A stretch of 37,124 nt of DNA from contig PDIP01000100.1 of assembly GCA_002811645.1 (NCBI GenBank), positions 1-37,124 of the forward strand, given 5' to 3'. Shown here piece by piece: positions 33,761-37,124 of this stretch. Both the position numbers and the translations under genes were made by a program. Position 1 is the first letter of the stretch. Each line of letters begins with the position of its first letter. Under the pieces are notes generated by a model, which saw nothing but the letters and a program-made list of their open reading frames with translations, was not told where the DNA came from and did no database searches. Source of the DNA: Corallochytrium limacisporum Hawaii (taxonomy: Eukaryota; Protista; Pluriformea).

Positions 33761-35271
33761 GGACGGCAGAGGACCCGGTGGAAAAAAAAAGGGAGGGGGG
33801 GCGGGGGGTAGGCAAACGGTGGACGAGGGAGGGTTTGGCTCTCTGACGTCTTCTGAGTACGAATTGGTGTACTGAGAAAAACCATGATAAAGGGATGTAA
33901 GAACGTAAATGATGTTTCATCTATGAGAGCACCTAATGCATTCTTGGGGACCTTGGCGCTTCCTGGGCGTTTCCGCCGGGTCTGCTGGGTGGAAAGGGTT
34001 GTGCATGCATGCGAGCGACGCGGATGCGCGCTTCCAGTTCTGTGGTACTCTGATATCTTTGCGAATGACGCAAACGTATCCGGGACCACAACGAAGTGCT
34101 GGATATTTTAAGAACGGGCTCGTTCCACTATAGTTTGCAAGTCTCCGGAACACACCTGGACGGAGCTTGCTGTTCAACTTCGAACGCACATTGATACAGA
34201 CAGAGCAGGTAGTGCCCAGCCCGTTCCGTACTGAGTGTCCACCGTGCTCAAATATTCAAACAATTGTGTAAACTCGGAGAAGGCTTGCATTCATACCAGG
34301 CCCTTGAGCCCGACCTTACTTTGCACATGGGAGATAGTGTTGGAGCGAAAGAAAAATGTTGTTGATTCATGATGCTCGTGTTCAATATGGCGAATCTTGT
34401 CTTTTGTATCAGCATGAGTTTTCGAGCTTCTCAGTAGTTTTGTCCTTGTGATCGATCCGATTGAGCCTCTAGGGTGTAGATAGGTCTTACATGGACAGAG
34501 CCAGCAAAGGACGTCCACCGATCAACCATATCCTCTTTCCCCAAGAGCGCGCCGATTTCTTTCACGGCGGTAATGCATGGGAAGGCGACGAGAAACGCTA
34601 TACCAACGATGCGAAGCAAACAATCAACGCCCTACGAAGAAAAAATTTTCTCAAAATTCTTAACTGCGTCTCAAAATTTCCTTCCGTCTTCTATTAATTT
34701 TCTATTTCCGCCCTCTCCGCAGGCAGCGCGGCTCAGTTCTACGAGGGTAGTACCGCTCAACGAAATCACGCGTATCCGCCGTCGTCCGTAAACCCCCTTC
34801 ACTCTTCGCAGCACTATTCCCGGTATGTCTTCTTAGGAAATTCCAAGTCCGTTCCAAGCCTTAGTTGTGCTCCCCGACGGCCCCCCCCCTCCCCATTTTT
34901 GCTATGCGTAACTCTTTTTCTTCTTTTTTCTTGGCTAAAGCAGGCATCCCTCCCTTTTCCCCCTGTCCGGTCTTCTTCCCCCCCCCCTTCCCCCGCTTCT
35001 CAAGGCACCTTCCCCTGTGGCGACCTACGGTAGAAAACCAATCTGTCCTTGACTTAAGCGTTGTGCGCGCCACACAAAGTGGGGGCGTTTGAGTTCTTTA
35101 ATCCTTGGTCGAGCACACAAGAGGGTTTCATTACATTCTAGATTCGTGGGCGATGAGATGCCCAAGAAACCACTCTGCTCTTTGCTCATATTATTATGCA
35201 AAAGCAGTCTTTACACTCGCTTGGCTTGATGCGTTACAAGTGGGCTTTCCGTAAGGAGGACTGTACCATCG

Positions 35272-35286
35272 GCTACTTAAGGGATC
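35272..35286 (+). promoter_or_regulatory. TATA-like element GCTACTTAAGGGATC of dioxygenase 3
   Basis: About 100 nt upstream of the ATG; 13/15 identical to the paralog 2 element although the surrounding leader does not align well. Confidence 0.55.
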
Positions 35287-35379
35287 TCCAGTCGGACCAG
35301 TGATAGAGGGCTGACAGATGATCGCTACGTCACAAGTAAGATAGATTACTTGCAACTGAACACATTAAAGAATCTCAAC

Positions 35380-36468
35380 ATGGTTGCTGAAGACAAGTTC
35401 GTTAACTCTGAACCTACCACCCGCCTCTCCCTGGAGGGCATTGATGCGGTGGACAAACTGCGCAAGACCAGCGCCTTTGAAGCCCTCGGTGATACTGATC
35501 ACAGTATTCCTTGCCTGGATATCGAATGGGCGTTTGCTTCAGAGGCCAACAAGCTCACTACTGCTAAGGAATTGCATTCTGTCTTGCGGGATACTGGTTT
35601 CATGTGTGTGAAGAACCACGGCATTGACCTTTACCTTAAGGAACGAATGGAGTTCCTTTCCCGGAAGTTCTTCCATCTCCCCAAGGAGGTTAAGCAAAAG
35701 TACGCGGAAAAGCAGTTCTTCCGAGGATGGATTCCGTACTGTAGCGAGGTTGTCGGCAACGGAGAGTACCGGGACATCAAGGAAAGCTACTTGCCACCCG
35801 TGTGGCCAAGTGACCTCCAGGATTTGTGGGTGGAGGAGATCCCCGAATTCAAGCCTACCCTCAATCTCTACATGGACAGTGTCCGCGAGTGTGGTGTAAA
35901 AATGAACAAACTCATGGCTTTGTCCCTCGGCCTGGACGAAGATTACTTCAACCGTGAACTATTCTGGAACGGCATTGGTTATGGCAATGAGCTTGTGCGC
36001 CTGAACTATTACCCAGAGAACCAGTACTCAGACTCGTCGCGGGGCACCTACGGCCTGGGCGAGCACACGGACTTCGGCTGGCTGACATTCCTTGGCTTTG
36101 ACGGAAAGCGCGGTCTGGAGATCCAGCGCCCTGATGGGTCTTGGTTCATGCCCGTAAACGTGACCAGAGAGATGCTCATCATCAATCTGGGTGATTTTGT
36201 CAAGCGCCTTACCAACGGCAGGTACCGTTCAACCCTGCACCGTGTGCACAATCCCGATGGTAAAGAGCGTGTCAGCTTCCCCATTTTCTTCAACCCCAAC
36301 TACAATGTGATTGGCAAGCCCATTGAAAAGCTTCTAGAACCCGGAGAGAAGCCCTTGTACGAGCCAATGACCTTCGGTGAACATATTCTGCACTGCGAGA
36401 AAACTGTTGTCCGCAGCGATAAGGGCAAGATGCCCACGGAGGAGCAGCTGGCCAACGGTGGACAGTAA
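35380..36468 (+). CDS. 2-oxoglutarate/Fe(II)-dependent dioxygenase, IPNS/DIOX-like, paralog 3 (362 aa)
   Basis: Motifs EHTDFG, STLHRVH and ERVSFPIF; begins MVAEDKF like the other two (context tcaacATGG); visibly the most diverged copy. Confidence 0.93.
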   Translation: MVAEDKFVNSEPTTRLSLEGIDAVDKLRKTSAFEALGDTDHSIPCLDIEWAFASEANKLTTAKELHSVLRDTGFMCVKNHGIDLYLKERMEFLSRKFFHLPKEVKQKYAEKQFFRGWIPYCSEVVGNGEYRDIKESYLPPVWPSDLQDLWVEEIPEFKPTLNLYMDSVRECGVKMNKLMALSLGLDEDYFNRELFWNGIGYGNELVRLNYYPENQYSDSSRGTYGLGEHTDFGWLTFLGFDGKRGLEIQRPDGSWFMPVNVTREMLIINLGDFVKRLTNGRYRSTLHRVHNPDGKERVSFPIFFNPNYNVIGKPIEKLLEPGEKPLYEPMTFGEHILHCEKTVVRSDKGKMPTEEQLANGGQ

Positions 36469-36916
36469 ATCTGTCCCCTTGCAAATTGAATCCACCACAT
36501 TCATCCATCCATCACAATAGTTTGCGAATCAATTTCCAAACGCCTTATAATTAGATATATACATTAGCATGCAGTATCGTCAATTGTCATACTCGACAGC
36601 GATGATCGAATTTATCAAACCCCTATTTACAGCTCACATTCCCGTTCGTTTACGACCACATCTCTCCATCGAAACATTTTTCGCATGCTGCTTTCTATAC
36701 TCTTTCAGTGGGTGATTGTCTAGGGATCTCCTCTCTCTCTCTGTTCCACCACCCCACAAGGCTGCTTATCATTCGTAGTGCCCGGGTGCTCAGTGTCGTC
36801 TGTACTAAGCCCCCGCCGTCCGCCCCTTTTTTTCATTGAATTTTTCCTGGATCGCCCGCGCCCTTCTGTGGCAACGGTGGGGTCTCCGAGTCGGTGCCAA
36901 CGGCCCCTAACACAAA

Positions 36917-37032
36917 CTCTCTCTCTCTCACTCTCTCTCTCTCACTCTCTCTCACTCTCTCTCTCTCACTCTCTCTCTCTCACTCTCTCTCACTCTCTCT
37001 CTCTCACTCTCTCTCACTCTCTCTCTCTCTCT
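36917..37032. repeat. Compound (CT)n microsatellite interrupted by CA
   Basis: Read directly from the sequence. Confidence 0.97.
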
Positions 37033-37124
37033 ACCGGGTAGGTACGGTCTCAAGCCTTTTCTTTTGTTTTTCTCCCTCCCCCCTCCCTCCCGCACCCCCC
37101 CGGGGGGGGGGGGGGCGGGGGGGC

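Overview
Gene-poor eukaryotic genomic DNA, probably from a microbial eukaryote. The inference rests on an OPT-family transporter (a family absent from animals) sitting next to an exostosin-type GT64 gene, plus Kozak-like start contexts, microsatellites and long G/C homopolymers. Six convincing protein genes are present, each an uninterrupted ORF: a PT-clade oligopeptide transporter (-), a five-finger C2H2 protein with a repetitive C-terminus (-), an 894-aa type II membrane protein fusing GT64, a second GT-A domain and a discoidin/F5-8-like module (-), and three paralogous IPNS-like 2OG-Fe(II) dioxygenases (two tandem on -, one divergent on +). The window starts with a telomere-like 13-mer, contains a 54-N gap flanked by G-runs and ends in a G-run. 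The best leads are the double-glycosyltransferase fusion, the diverging dioxygenase triplet with its conserved and locally amplified flanking motifs, a shared TATTTAA-type element about 95-123 nt upstream of the ATGs, and a possible subtelomeric transporter/regulator/enzyme cluster (speculative). I could not support any rRNA, tRNA, CRISPR array or intact mobile element. All family calls come from motif recognition by eye, not database searches.
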